Shown: positions 20,855 through 31,063 of the stretch, piece by piece
Layout: every line of letters starts with the position of its first letter
Numbering within the stretch: position 1 is the stretch's first letter
Origin: Nitrososphaeria archaeon
GTDB taxonomy: Archaea > Thermoproteota > Nitrososphaeria > JACIWG01
Length of the DNA stretch: 64,000 nucleotides
Direction: 5' to 3'
Assembly (NCBI GenBank): GCA_050011875.1
Contig: JBEKIG010000001.1
Coordinates: 1-64,000 of the forward strand
Notes under the pieces: model-generated
Database searches by the model: none
The model's input: only the letters and a program-made list of their open reading frames with translations
Told to the model about the DNA's origin: nothing
Made by a program: the position numbers and the translations under genes

Positions 20855-23119
20855 ATGAGAAGCAAAATTTCGATTGCAGGTGTTGTTCAAGGTGTCGGTT
20901 TTCGACCTTTTGTCTACAGAACAGCTGTGCGGAACCACCTTAATGGCAATATTAAGAACATGGGTGACGGCACGGTAGAAATTGAGGTCGAAGGAAAAAA
21001 AGGTGATATTGGACAATTTGTAAAGGAATTGTATTCTCTTAAACCTATTTATTCAAAAATAGAGCGATTCCAAAGACAAGATTTTGATAAAGAACTAGGA
21101 TATACAAAGTTTGTTATTCTTAAAAGTGAGCACAAAGAAAAGGAAAGCGCTTCTCTTATTCCTCCGGATCTCGGAATTTGCGAAGACTGCGCTAGGGAAC
21201 TGTTTGACCCTAAAAATAGAAGGTTTGGCTATCACTTTATTACATGCACTAATTGTGGGCCAAGATTCACAATAATTGAGAAGTATCCATATGACAAAAA
21301 GAATACTACGATGAAGGATTTCCCGTTATGCAGACTTTGTGGGAGAGAATATGAATATCCGATTGACAGAAGGTTCCATGCGGAAACAATTGCCTGCAAA
21401 ACCTGCGGACCAACACTTCTATTATATGATAAGAACAGCTACCTGCTTGACTGCGATCCTATAGTTAATGCGGCTAACGCTATAGACAATGGAAAGATTA
21501 TAGCCATAAAGGGGATTGGGGGTTTCCATATTGCACTTTCTGCTTACGATGACAACGCAATTTCACGCTTGAGACAATGGAAACACCGTGAACAAAAACC
21601 ATTCGCAATTATGGTAAAAGATATTGATACAGTAAGAAAGATTGCATATGCTGATAAAGAAGAAGAAGAGATATTGCTATCTTCTTATAAACCAATAGTT
21701 CTTCTAAAGCAAAAAAAAGAGAGCCCTATATCGAAGCTCGTCAGCCCCGGGCTGCATAATGTTGGCATAATGTTACCATACGCTGGTTTACATCTGCTCA
21801 TTTTTAACAAATCTAAGACGGATGTTTACATAATGACTAGCGGTAACCTCCCTTCTGAACCGATTGTTTCTGAAGAAAAGGAGGCTGTTAAGGAATTTTC
21901 ATCGATAGTAGACTACTTCTTGGTACATAATAGGAGAATTCTCTACAAATGTGATGATTCCGTAGTACGGAAAGTCGACGGCGATATTTATTTTTTGAGA
22001 AGATCTAGGGGATACACGCCTCAACCTCTGCTCTTAGAGGGAACCAGGGATGTCATAGGGCTTGGGGCAGAAGAGAACGTAGCCGGATGTGTTGTGTCAT
22101 CAGACAGGGCTTTCTTAACTCAATACATAGGTGATATAGAAAATCTTGAGACACTAGAATATTTTAAGTATGCACTCAACAGAATGATCAAGCTGACTTC
22201 ATGCAAGCCCAGAGCGATTGCTCATGATCTTCACCCGACATTAAATACAACTGTTTTTGCTGAAGAACTTTCGAAGGAGCTGAACATCCCCTCTTATCCT
22301 GTACAACACCATCATGCTCACATATGTTCTGTCATGGCAGAGAACAACCTAGAGCAGACGGTCGGCATAGCAATAGACGGGTACGGCTATGGTTTTGATA
22401 AGAACGCCTGGGGAGGGGAAATATTATTCTGTGACAGAGAAAAGATTGAAAGAGTTGGACACCTGGAAGAACAGCCATATATAGGGGGGGACCTTGCAGC
22501 AAAATATCCTGCTCGAATAGTTTTTGCGGTCCTTTCAAAAGTTGGATACGGCAATAAATGGGTCTCATCGAATCTAAGGAAATTTCCGTATTCCAGTGAA
22601 GAAGTGAAGATCCTTACAATGAAATTGAAATCGAAGGATTATGTTCTGACATCAAGCTTTGGCCGGATTCTGGATGCAGTGTCAACCCTGCTTGGCATAT
22701 GTGACGTTCGAACCTATGAAGGGGAACCTGCTATGAAGCTTGAAAGCGTTGCTCTAGGAGCTAAAAGAGATTTTAAGTTCGATCCTGTTATAGAAGGGGA
22801 CGTCCTTATGACGACACCACTTTTGGAGAAGGTCTTCTTGAACATCAACAGAGATCCAAACACTGAACTAGCTTATGCTACAGAAGAATATTTAGCGAAA
22901 GGAGTTGCAGAATTAGCAGTCAGAAAAGCTAAAGAATATAGTATACGAAATATTTCCATATCTGGAGGAGTAGCGTTCAATGAACATATTTCTAGAACGA
23001 TTAGAAAACATATAGAAGCAAGCAAACTTAAGCTCCACAAGAACAGATATGCGCCTCCAGGCGATGGCGGCATATCTCTAGGGCAAGGTTATGTGGTCGG
23101 AAAATGGCTTACTAAATAG
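20855..23119 (+). CDS. hypF: [NiFe]-hydrogenase maturation carbamoyltransferase HypF
   Basis: Acylphosphatase GVVQGVGFRPF, Zn fingers CTNCGPR, QHHHAH, PPGDGGISLGQ. Confidence 0.97.
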   Translation: MRSKISIAGVVQGVGFRPFVYRTAVRNHLNGNIKNMGDGTVEIEVEGKKGDIGQFVKELYSLKPIYSKIERFQRQDFDKELGYTKFVILKSEHKEKESASLIPPDLGICEDCARELFDPKNRRFGYHFITCTNCGPRFTIIEKYPYDKKNTTMKDFPLCRLCGREYEYPIDRRFHAETIACKTCGPTLLLYDKNSYLLDCDPIVNAANAIDNGKIIAIKGIGGFHIALSAYDDNAISRLRQWKHREQKPFAIMVKDIDTVRKIAYADKEEEEILLSSYKPIVLLKQKKESPISKLVSPGLHNVGIMLPYAGLHLLIFNKSKTDVYIMTSGNLPSEPIVSEEKEAVKEFSSIVDYFLVHNRRILYKCDDSVVRKVDGDIYFLRRSRGYTPQPLLLEGTRDVIGLGAEENVAGCVVSSDRAFLTQYIGDIENLETLEYFKYALNRMIKLTSCKPRAIAHDLHPTLNTTVFAEELSKELNIPSYPVQHHHAHICSVMAENNLEQTVGIAIDGYGYGFDKNAWGGEILFCDREKIERVGHLEEQPYIGGDLAAKYPARIVFAVLSKVGYGNKWVSSNLRKFPYSSEEVKILTMKLKSKDYVLTSSFGRILDAVSTLLGICDVRTYEGEPAMKLESVALGAKRDFKFDPVIEGDVLMTTPLLEKVFLNINRDPNTELAYATEEYLAKGVAELAVRKAKEYSIRNISISGGVAFNEHISRTIRKHIEASKLKLHKNRYAPPGDGGISLGQGYVVGKWLTK

Positions 23120-23238
23120 ATGTCAAAGATAAAACCGAAAGATCTTTTGCAAAACTATGACCACTAATAGGAGACTAAAATATTGAAATATTGGGAAATT
23201 TATATATAATAGAGTGATATTTATACGGATGTAGCATA

Positions 23239-23451
23239 ATGTGCCTAGCAATTCCAGGAAAGGTCGTAGAAAAGGACAGAGATCATGGAAAGATAGATTT
23301 TGGAGGAGTATTTAGAGAGGTAAATCTTTCTCTAGTTAACGCGAAGGTTGGCGATTACGTGATTGTTCACGCAGGATTCGCGATTTCAAAGATAAACAGA
23401 AGGGAAGCCGAAGAGACTTTGAAGCTTGCAAGGGAAATTTTTTCGTCTTAG
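23239..23451 (+). CDS. hypC: Hydrogenase assembly chaperone HypC
   Basis: MCLAIPGKV...VIVHAGFAI. Confidence 0.97.
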   Translation: MCLAIPGKVVEKDRDHGKIDFGGVFREVNLSLVNAKVGDYVIVHAGFAISKINRREAEETLKLAREIFSS

Positions 23452-23465
23452 GAAAATGATATAGC

Positions 23466-24563
23466 TTGGAGTGGCTCAAAGACTCTAACCTGATTAGAGG
23501 CATCGTAGATAAAATAGGAGAACATAATGTTAAACTAAATTTTATGCACGCTTGTGGCACGCATCAAGAAACTCTTGTTAAATATGGACTTGACAGCTTG
23601 TTCTCGAAAGTGGGAATAGCGGTACGATCGGGTCCCGGATGCCCAGTCTGCATCACAACCGCAAAAGAATTTGTCGAAATCATGTCTTTAGGTGAGAGGG
23701 GGAAATTGATAACGGCGTACGGAGATTGCCTAAGAGTCCCCGTGAACCAGAGGTCGTTGATGAGCCTAAGGGAGGAGGGGTACGATGTGAGAATCGTGTA
23801 CAGCATAGAAGATGCAGCGAAAATAGCGGAGGAAGAGAACAGGGATGTTATTTTTATGGCAATAGGTTTCGAAACTACCGCTCCAAGCACCGCCTCTATT
23901 TTACTTAGAGATAATCTGCCAGAGAATTTTTATGTTCTTAGCTGCCACAGGTTCTTCTTACCTGCGATGGTAAAACTTCTAGAAATGGGTGAAATAAAAC
24001 TTCAAGGATTAATAGAGCCTGGCCATGTTAGTGCAATTATCGGAACGTCGCCGTATAAATACATACGGGATAGGTTTTGTATTCCACAGGTTATTTCTGG
24101 TTTCGAACCCCTTGACATGGCTCTTTCGATATATGAGCTTGTTAGCCAATACTTAGATGACGAACCGAAAGTCGAGAATGAGTACAAAAGGGTCGTTCCT
24201 GCAGAAGGAAACGTGATAGCTATGAGAAGAATCGAGGAGGTGTTTGAAAAAGCAGATATCGAATGGCGGGGTTTTCCGACAATATCGAAGTCTTCGATGA
24301 AGATCAGGGAAAAGTACTCTGCTCACGACGCGTCCAAACAATTCGAAGATATACTTAACAAGATAAGATATGAACCTTCCAAGGTTGAAATGGATTGTAG
24401 ATGTGGTGAAGTATTACGTGGTCTTATTGAGCCAAAAGAATGCCCATTATTTAGTAGAGCATGTTCGTTAGAAAATCCGATTGGTGCATGTATGGTTTCA
24501 ATTGAAGGTTCTTGCAGAATACAGCTAGAATTTGGTCAAACTAAGGAGGATCGATCACAATAG
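23466..24563 (+). CDS. hypD: Hydrogenase formation protein HypD
   Basis: CGTH, GPGCPVC, GFETT, PGHVS and C-terminal Cys cluster. Confidence 0.97.
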   Translation: MEWLKDSNLIRGIVDKIGEHNVKLNFMHACGTHQETLVKYGLDSLFSKVGIAVRSGPGCPVCITTAKEFVEIMSLGERGKLITAYGDCLRVPVNQRSLMSLREEGYDVRIVYSIEDAAKIAEEENRDVIFMAIGFETTAPSTASILLRDNLPENFYVLSCHRFFLPAMVKLLEMGEIKLQGLIEPGHVSAIIGTSPYKYIRDRFCIPQVISGFEPLDMALSIYELVSQYLDDEPKVENEYKRVVPAEGNVIAMRRIEEVFEKADIEWRGFPTISKSSMKIREKYSAHDASKQFEDILNKIRYEPSKVEMDCRCGEVLRGLIEPKECPLFSRACSLENPIGACMVSIEGSCRIQLEFGQTKEDRSQ

Positions 24564-24572
24564 AATAATTTT

Positions 24573-24908
24573 TCAAGGATAAAGTTTTTGAAGGTTTTTT
24601 AAGAACGTTTCTAAGTCTTTTTTATTTAATCCGACCCCTAAAATGGAGCCTTTTCTTTCTATTTCTTTGCCGTCTTTGAATGCTACAATCGTGGGAACCG
24701 CTTTGATATCATAAGTCTCCCAAAACGGATTGTCGTCGTCTGTGATATCTGCCTTCGCAATGACATATTCAATGTTTCTTGTTTGCTTTTCGAAGGTGTC
24801 TGAGAATTCTGAGCAAAATGGGCAGTACGAGGCAAAGAACACCACAACAACCAATTTTCCTTCTTTAATGATATTTTCATCAAAGTTCAAAGATATTGAA
24901 TCGAACAT
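24573..24908 (-). CDS. Thioredoxin family protein
   Basis: YCPFC active site, cis-Pro AVPTIVAFKDG. Confidence 0.85.
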   Translation of the reverse strand: MFDSISLNFDENIIKEGKLVVVVFFASYCPFCSEFSDTFEKQTRNIEYVIAKADITDDDNPFWETYDIKAVPTIVAFKDGKEIERKGSILGVGLNKKDLETFLKNLQKLYP

Positions 24909-24974
24909 GGAGATGATGTTTAAGCAGCTCATTAAAATCTTTTTGCAAGATTCAATTATCCGTGTTACAATGCG

Positions 24975-26024
24975 TCAACAGATTCTTGGAATAGGGTCTC
25001 CTCTGGGTTTTTGAAGTATCCTTCTCCCGCCCACTTCTGTCTTCATCACCACTTTGTTAAATGAGCTTACCGCATTCCCTATTATCTGAGCATCCGAGCC
25101 CTCTGCAGTCTTCTGGAGTGCTTCAAGAACGGCTTCAGCCATTTCTGGAACCGTCGCTATGATAGCTTTTCCTTCATTACCTATTTCAAAGGGATCTATA
25201 CCCAAAACTTCACATGCAGATCTGACGCCCCGTCTAATGGGAATCTTCGATTCGTCAACTTCTATGCCGACTCCACTTTTTTCACACCATTCGTAGAGGG
25301 CGTTACTGACCCCTCCCCTTGTCGGATCCTTCATCGCAACTATTCCACCTATCTTCAAGATTTTTTCTGACATATGGTTTAGGGGCTGCATGTCAGATTT
25401 TACTTCTACAGTTAATCCATACTGTTGTCTCGCACTCATCACAGCAATCCCATGATCTCCAACATAGCCGGAGACGATGATTTTGTCACCCGGTCTAACT
25501 TCAGAATCAAGAAGCCACTTTGAGCGCGGTTTTCGATAATTTGTAACAATTTCAAGGTTATGATCTAAGAAAGGGCTCCTGGAACCGATAGCTGAAGTAT
25601 TTATAATCATCTGCTTCAAACCGCCATGTTCTACAACTTTGGTATCGCCTGTTGCTATCTTTACGTCCGCCTCTTTACAAGTTTTCTCCATGCTGTCTAA
25701 CACCTTCTCTAAAACGGACAGCTCCAGTCCTTCTTCCAAAACGAGACCCATTGAAAGGGCGATTGGCTTTCCCCCAACCATAGAGACATCGTTAACAGTG
25801 CCGCAGATAGAGAGCCTTCCAATATCGCCGCCGGGGAAAAACAAAGGGTACACCGTGTGTGAGTCCGTCTTAAATACGATGCCATTGACGACGGCGGCAT
25901 CATCTAAGGCTTCTAAGGGAACCTCGAAATGGCTGCCCGAGAAACGTGTGAGAATCATTCTTTTAACTAGGTCTGCAGCGACACTTCCACCTGCTCCATG
26001 AAGCATGCTAATATGCTCAGTCAT
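24975..26024 (-). CDS. hypE: Hydrogenase maturation protein HypE
   Basis: HGAGG, DSHTV, GDTKVV, DPTRGG and C-terminal PRIC. Confidence 0.97.
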   Translation of the reverse strand: MTEHISMLHGAGGSVAADLVKRMILTRFSGSHFEVPLEALDDAAVVNGIVFKTDSHTVYPLFFPGGDIGRLSICGTVNDVSMVGGKPIALSMGLVLEEGLELSVLEKVLDSMEKTCKEADVKIATGDTKVVEHGGLKQMIINTSAIGSRSPFLDHNLEIVTNYRKPRSKWLLDSEVRPGDKIIVSGYVGDHGIAVMSARQQYGLTVEVKSDMQPLNHMSEKILKIGGIVAMKDPTRGGVSNALYEWCEKSGVGIEVDESKIPIRRGVRSACEVLGIDPFEIGNEGKAIIATVPEMAEAVLEALQKTAEGSDAQIIGNAVSSFNKVVMKTEVGGRRILQKPRGDPIPRIC

Positions 26025-26269
26025 AGTCAGCCCCCCTTAATTGGTGACACACTAATAACATTTTTGCTGAACCCTATAAAATCAGCATGTTTTCATTAAA
26101 GTTTATCTTCCATATCGGGGAACAACCCTATATTGTAAACGGTATTATATTTTAAAACCAAGACATTTTTGCTTTGGCGTATTCAAAAAAGATATGCTGT
26201 TTGGAGCATAAAAGAACTTCCGTAAGGCCTGAGATAAATCAAAGCTACTTGTTCAGTACCTTTTGTATT

Positions 26270-27451
26270 CTATTGGCTTTCCAAGTACTTGGTTATAACA
26301 TCTCTGACTTTTTTCAAATCCTTTAACCAGACAAATTCATTAACACCATGATAGTGTGTGTCTTCAGCCAAAGGCCCATATGATATTGTAGGAATTCCTT
26401 TTCTGTTAGTGAATTTTCCGTCATTCGCACCGAGTTCGGCTGCGAGAGGGAGGTTTTCTCCTGTGACTGTTTCAATAGCCTTCTTAAATTCTTGTACCAG
26501 AGGCAGTCTCGGGTCGGTATAGTAGTTTCCCCCTGTCAGATCGAATTTCAAATCAATCCTGAACCGTGGATCGCCTAGGTCTGCTTTATTTAGAAAATCT
26601 TTAAGCTCGTTTTGGGCTCTAACGGAGTCTTCTTCTGGCAAAAGTCTCATATCGAATGTTGCTTCCGCCTCACCTGGAATTATATTGCTTTTCACACCCG
26701 ATTTTAGCATAGTTACAGAGAATCTGCCCCATATCTTTTCCTTTATGGACCCTGGTGGTGCATCTAGACTGGAGAGTTTATGCTCCCTAAAATCTTGAAA
26801 TTTCTGTAGTTCGACAATAAGCCTGCCCATGCCCTGCAAAGCGTTTAGACACTTGTGTGGGGAACCTGCGTGCCCTTGGATGCCTTTAACAGTTACGGTA
26901 CCATTAACTATGCCACTTGCACCTATGGAGAGGAACTCCGTTCCAGCATCGACAATTAGTGCTCCATCACCCTTTATTCCAACGTCGTCAATCAGATATC
27001 CGAGGCCCAATTCTCCGCCAACTTCTTCGTCCTGAGTTATCAATATTTTAAAATTAATCTTCGAATTCTTGCCAACCTTTCGTGCGGCGCCAAGTAAAGC
27101 TGCGATAGATCCTTTATCGTCAGCTGTCCCCCTCCCATACGCTTTATTGCTATCAACTTTCATTTTAAATGGGTCGTAGTCCCATCCTTCACCAGGAGGT
27201 ACTATGTCGTAATGAGCTATTCCTAAAAATGTCTTGGGAGCCTCAACGTTCAGGGTTGCAACAACATTTGGTCTAGCTAATTTATCTGAACTTTTTGCTT
27301 TAGAATCAAAAATTTCCACTTCCAGCCCTAACTTTTCAGCTTCATCAGCGATGATATTAGCACATTCCTTGTAACCAGATTTGGTTATAGAATCACTGTT
27401 CACCGCAACCATCTTTTTTAAAACATTCAGTTCAAGGTCAATATCTTGCAT
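26270..27451 (-). CDS. M20 family metallopeptidase/deacylase (ArgE/DapE-like)
   Basis: AHYDIVP, GRGTADDKG, DEEVGG and HGVNE motifs. Confidence 0.9.
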   Translation of the reverse strand: MQDIDLELNVLKKMVAVNSDSITKSGYKECANIIADEAEKLGLEVEIFDSKAKSSDKLARPNVVATLNVEAPKTFLGIAHYDIVPPGEGWDYDPFKMKVDSNKAYGRGTADDKGSIAALLGAARKVGKNSKINFKILITQDEEVGGELGLGYLIDDVGIKGDGALIVDAGTEFLSIGASGIVNGTVTVKGIQGHAGSPHKCLNALQGMGRLIVELQKFQDFREHKLSSLDAPPGSIKEKIWGRFSVTMLKSGVKSNIIPGEAEATFDMRLLPEEDSVRAQNELKDFLNKADLGDPRFRIDLKFDLTGGNYYTDPRLPLVQEFKKAIETVTGENLPLAAELGANDGKFTNRKGIPTISYGPLAEDTHYHGVNEFVWLKDLKKVRDVITKYLESQ

Positions 27452-27516
27452 CGCTTCTGATATTTTCTCCTTCTACTAATAAGTTTTGTTAAGTAGAGAA
27501 TGTGAACCGTCGAAGG

Positions 27517-28028
27517 TTAGGGAAAAATTTTCTCTGTCAAGAGTTGGGATATGCTTAAACAAGATTTCTTTAAGTCTTCGGTAAATTTTTTGGCTGTAAA
27601 AAGTTGGTTAATTAACTTAGTTGGGATATTTCTATGGCTTCTAGTTCTTATTCATTGGGGTTTTCTTTGAACAACTTTATCATATCTCGAATTGTCGATT
27701 CAGATTATTTTGTTCCTTTCAGTGTGTCTTCAAGTTCAACCACTCGCGTCCGAGAAACATCAAAAGGTAATTTTTGTGTTTTACTTATTATCATAATCAC
27801 AGGTTTATCATACGCGTGAGAAATCGCTAATTCATAAAAAACATTTGGGTTATAATCTGTAAGATCAACAATAATGAGCGAGTCTTCAAGGATATGACTA
27901 ATTATCTGATTTGTGATAATACCTGAAGCATTTATTTGGTCTGCTCTAATCACTTTATATTCGAACTCTTGACATAGAGGTTTTATAAGATATTCAAAGC
28001 GCAGAAAATTTAAAAGTAAGTAGCACAA
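27517..28028 (-). pseudogene. Decayed nucleoside 2-deoxyribosyltransferase-like (TIR/NDT superfamily) gene
   Basis: RADQINASGIITNQII...IVDLTDYNPNVFYELAISHAYDKPVI motif. N-terminus missing; the frame continues through in-frame stops at 27705 and about 27648. Confidence 0.7.
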
Positions 28029-28042
28029 AAAATTATATTAGT

Positions 28043-28189
28043 ATGGAATCCCAGCGTATTAAGAAAGCGACAAAGAATATGGATGTCCCAACAGACGATC
28101 AGGACACTCTTGCCGTCGTGGCACAAGTCTTCCGAGCAAATAGTCAAGGAAATAAGACTGTCACTGTGGAACTAACTGCGGATGCGTAG
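28043..28189 (+). CDS. Small hypothetical protein (48 aa), below the track cutoff
   Basis: MESQRIKKATKNMDVPTDDQDTLAVVAQVFRANSQGNKTVTVELTADA; stop lies 3 bp before the next ATG. Confidence 0.45.
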   Translation: MESQRIKKATKNMDVPTDDQDTLAVVAQVFRANSQGNKTVTVELTADA

Positions 28190-28192
28190 ATA

Positions 28193-28660
28193 ATGTCAGT
28201 GTTCATCGCTCCTCCATTAGACTTCGAACAAATCAGAGAGCAGTGGAATAAATACGAGCTAGCTGACGGAACGTTTTTGAAGGTCAAAATTGTTCTTACG
28301 AGAGTGACAAGGTCGGCTGCACAGGCAGGTGTGAACACGCCATCGCCTATCAGCGCAGACTTCCAACATATTTCCATCATTCTCACGAACGAGCGCGGTC
28401 AGCCTGACACTACAGTGCGCACTCCACAAGACATAGCGTCCCATATAGTTAGGGATAACATCCGCTTCCGAACTGTTGAACAGGATTGGAGCGAATATCT
28501 TACCGATGACAATGTGAGAATACTCATTCAACCATTAGTAATGCGGGTCGCAAAAACATCACTCTTCAACAATAAGGGTGAACCGATTTACCATGTAGAG
28601 ATACAGGCGACGGTTCAAATACAACCACCAGACACTTCCTCACCACCGCAGCAGCAATAG
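28193..28660 (+). CDS. Hypothetical protein with an internal domain duplication
   Basis: FEQIREQWNKYELADGTFLKVK vs FRTVEQDWSEYLTDDNVRILIQ. Confidence 0.75.
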   Translation: MSVFIAPPLDFEQIREQWNKYELADGTFLKVKIVLTRVTRSAAQAGVNTPSPISADFQHISIILTNERGQPDTTVRTPQDIASHIVRDNIRFRTVEQDWSEYLTDDNVRILIQPLVMRVAKTSLFNNKGEPIYHVEIQATVQIQPPDTSSPPQQQ

Positions 28661-29013
28661 AAGCTAGGAGCCGAATCTTCAAGTCGTGTCAGTCTGGTTA
28701 ACACAGAGAATCATGCGAGGTTAAGTTAACAGAACCTCCGAAAAGCATATATTTTGGGTGATATCAATTTAAAATAAATGTTACTGATAGATTGAGTAAG
28801 GTATTTTCCTGACAAGTATAAAGATGAAAAAGCGTGTGATCTTTTGGAAAGAGAATAGTTGTAAATCCTAGTGTGGTATCAAAGTCGAGTAAGAAAGCAA
28901 GTAGAAAATAATAATCCAAAATGTAAGTCATGTCCCGATTCTCACGACAAGACTATAAAATTAAACATTTTTAAACTCGGATAAAATCTATTGAGCCTTT
29001 GGAGTAAGTTGTT

Positions 29014-30360
29014 TTGGCTCCTTTGACAAAACGCATTGTTATTGTTGGCGCAGGACCTTCTGGCATATTTACTGGATTAGAACTTTCAAAGAAAAGCAAC
29101 TTCAACGTCACTATCATCGACAAAGGAAAAGATATCGAGAAAAGGATAAACGACAACGGCATCTATTACGGTTGGGGTGGCGCTGGCGCATTTAGTGACG
29201 GAAAACTGAATTATTCGGCCGAGATAGGAGGCTGGCTTGGAGACTACTTGGACGAAAAAGATCTCATAGATATCATGGGAAAGGTCGATAAAATCTTTTT
29301 GGCCTACGGGGCCACTGACAGGATTTTCGGAACAGACGAGGACAGTATATCAAAGTTATCACGCGAGGCAGCTAAAGCTGATTTGAGACTTATACCAAGC
29401 AGGGTTCGACACCTTGGAAGCGATCAGTGCCCGAAGATACTGCAGAACATAAAGAAAGATTTGGAGAAAAAAGCAGATATTATTCTGGAAAACGAGGTAG
29501 AGAGTGTCATCGTAGACAACGGAGTCGCAAGGGGAGTGATGACAAGGGGTGGAAAGAAGATACCTGCCGACTATGTTATATTAGCCCCTGGCAGAGGTGG
29601 GGCAGACTGGCTAAAAAATGAGGCGGAAAGGCTTAAGCTGTCATCCAGCAGGAATCCGGTGGATCTTGGCGTCAGAGTGGAAGTCCCGTCGCAAGTTTTA
29701 GAGCCAATGACTTCAATATTATATGAACCCAAATTAGTGTATTATTCAAAATCTTATGACGATAAAGTTAGAACGTTCTGCGTCAGCCCATACGGTTATG
29801 TAGTTGAGGAGAAAATCAATGATTTAATTACGGTCAACGGCCACAGCTATCTTGAAAAACGCTCGGAAAACACCAACTTCGCTATTTTAGTCAGCACACA
29901 GTTCACGGACCCCTTTAGGGACCCCATAGCGTACGGTAGATATATTGCAAAGCTCGCTAATCTTTTAGTCAACGGCGTTATGGTTCAAAGACTTGGAGAT
30001 CTAGATGCAGGAAGAAGATCCACATATGAGAGAATATCAAGGAGCATAGTTCAACCCACTTTAAAGATGGCCCATCCTGGAGACCTAAGCTTTGTACTTC
30101 CAGGAAGGTACCTCACAGATATTAAGGAATTTTTAAAGGCGATGGATAAATTGGCTCCAGGGGTATATTCTAATCATACCCTGATTTATGGGATAGAGGT
30201 AAAGTTCTATTCCTCTAGACTTAAGCTTACACGGAATCTCGAAACCGAGGTTAAGAACCTTTTCACAATCGGAGATGGAGCTGGAATATCGAGGGGGCTT
30301 GTGCAGTCCTCAGCTTCAGGTCTCATTGCGGCTCAGGAAATTATAAGAAGAGAATCTTGA
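29014..30360 (+). CDS. FAD-dependent oxidoreductase (COG2509-like)
   Basis: IVGAGPSG, GWGGAGAFSDGKL, GVRVE, VNGHS and GDGAG motifs. Confidence 0.9.
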   Translation: MAPLTKRIVIVGAGPSGIFTGLELSKKSNFNVTIIDKGKDIEKRINDNGIYYGWGGAGAFSDGKLNYSAEIGGWLGDYLDEKDLIDIMGKVDKIFLAYGATDRIFGTDEDSISKLSREAAKADLRLIPSRVRHLGSDQCPKILQNIKKDLEKKADIILENEVESVIVDNGVARGVMTRGGKKIPADYVILAPGRGGADWLKNEAERLKLSSSRNPVDLGVRVEVPSQVLEPMTSILYEPKLVYYSKSYDDKVRTFCVSPYGYVVEEKINDLITVNGHSYLEKRSENTNFAILVSTQFTDPFRDPIAYGRYIAKLANLLVNGVMVQRLGDLDAGRRSTYERISRSIVQPTLKMAHPGDLSFVLPGRYLTDIKEFLKAMDKLAPGVYSNHTLIYGIEVKFYSSRLKLTRNLETEVKNLFTIGDGAGISRGLVQSSASGLIAAQEIIRRES

Positions 30361-30408
30361 ATCACTCCACTTCAGATGAAATTTAAATATGAAGTAGACC
30401 AAAATAGT

Positions 30409-30846
30409 TTATTTAACTGACGAATCCATGGTGCACTCTTTTAGGATCTGAAACGCTTTCTTGGGATCAACTAAGCCAGCTACCATTTTTTCGAAAGGGC
30501 ACGTATCATCCTTTCTTCTATTCAATATTTTTGCAGTAGTCCTATCATACATCAGTGAAATCGATAAAGTACTAGCAAGCTCAAGTGCCGGAACGCTTAA
30601 CAACTTTGCATAAACTGCACCGATTTTCGCTTTAGCAGCAAGCAGTATTGCAGCCCTGCCAACAACCTTGTCCGCTAAAGCTGCACCGGCCATATTTTCC
30701 TGAATTATAGCGATAGCGTCAACAAGTGCTTTTATTCCTGAAGACTTTGATTCAGCAATAACCTTCCCATTCTTTACGATCACAAAGGAAAACCTATTCC
30801 TCAGCAAGCGGTCCCTAGCTACGGAGACGTCATTGGCAGCAGACAT
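30409..30846 (-). CDS. DUF1893 family protein
   Basis: ADKVVGRAA...ILNR...CPFE motif. Confidence 0.85.
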   Translation of the reverse strand: MSAANDVSVARDRLLRNRFSFVIVKNGKVIAESKSSGIKALVDAIAIIQENMAGAALADKVVGRAAILLAAKAKIGAVYAKLLSVPALELASTLSISLMYDRTTAKILNRRKDDTCPFEKMVAGLVDPKKAFQILKECTMDSSVK

Positions 30847-31063
30847 ATTACCTCACCATAAAGTACTCGCTAAAAGGTTTTAATACTTATTAGTTAATCT
30901 CTTGCTTTCTTTGTTTGTTAGTTGAGTTTAGTTTATTCCTAGCCTTTTCTCTAAGTTCTTTAACTATCTTCTCTATTTCTGAATCTACATCGAATGTAGC
31001 AAAAACAAATAGACTTATTGAAACTGCTGCTATGCGAATATTTTAATTAAGTTTCAAACCCAA

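Noticed and set aside
7889-27035. Numerous antisense and nested ORFs within ileS, cysS, carB, hyp and M20 genes
   Set aside because: They are shadow frames of well-supported genes with no motifs.
27517-27707. Stop-codon readthrough or recoding in the NDT-like gene
   Set aside because: The stops are TAA, which terminates many intact genes here, and the gene is also 5'-truncated, so ordinary decay is simpler.
28770-28950. Possible IS1595-like transposase zinc-ribbon remnant (YKDEKAC...CKSC)
   Set aside because: It has multiple stops, very weak similarity and no terminal repeats.
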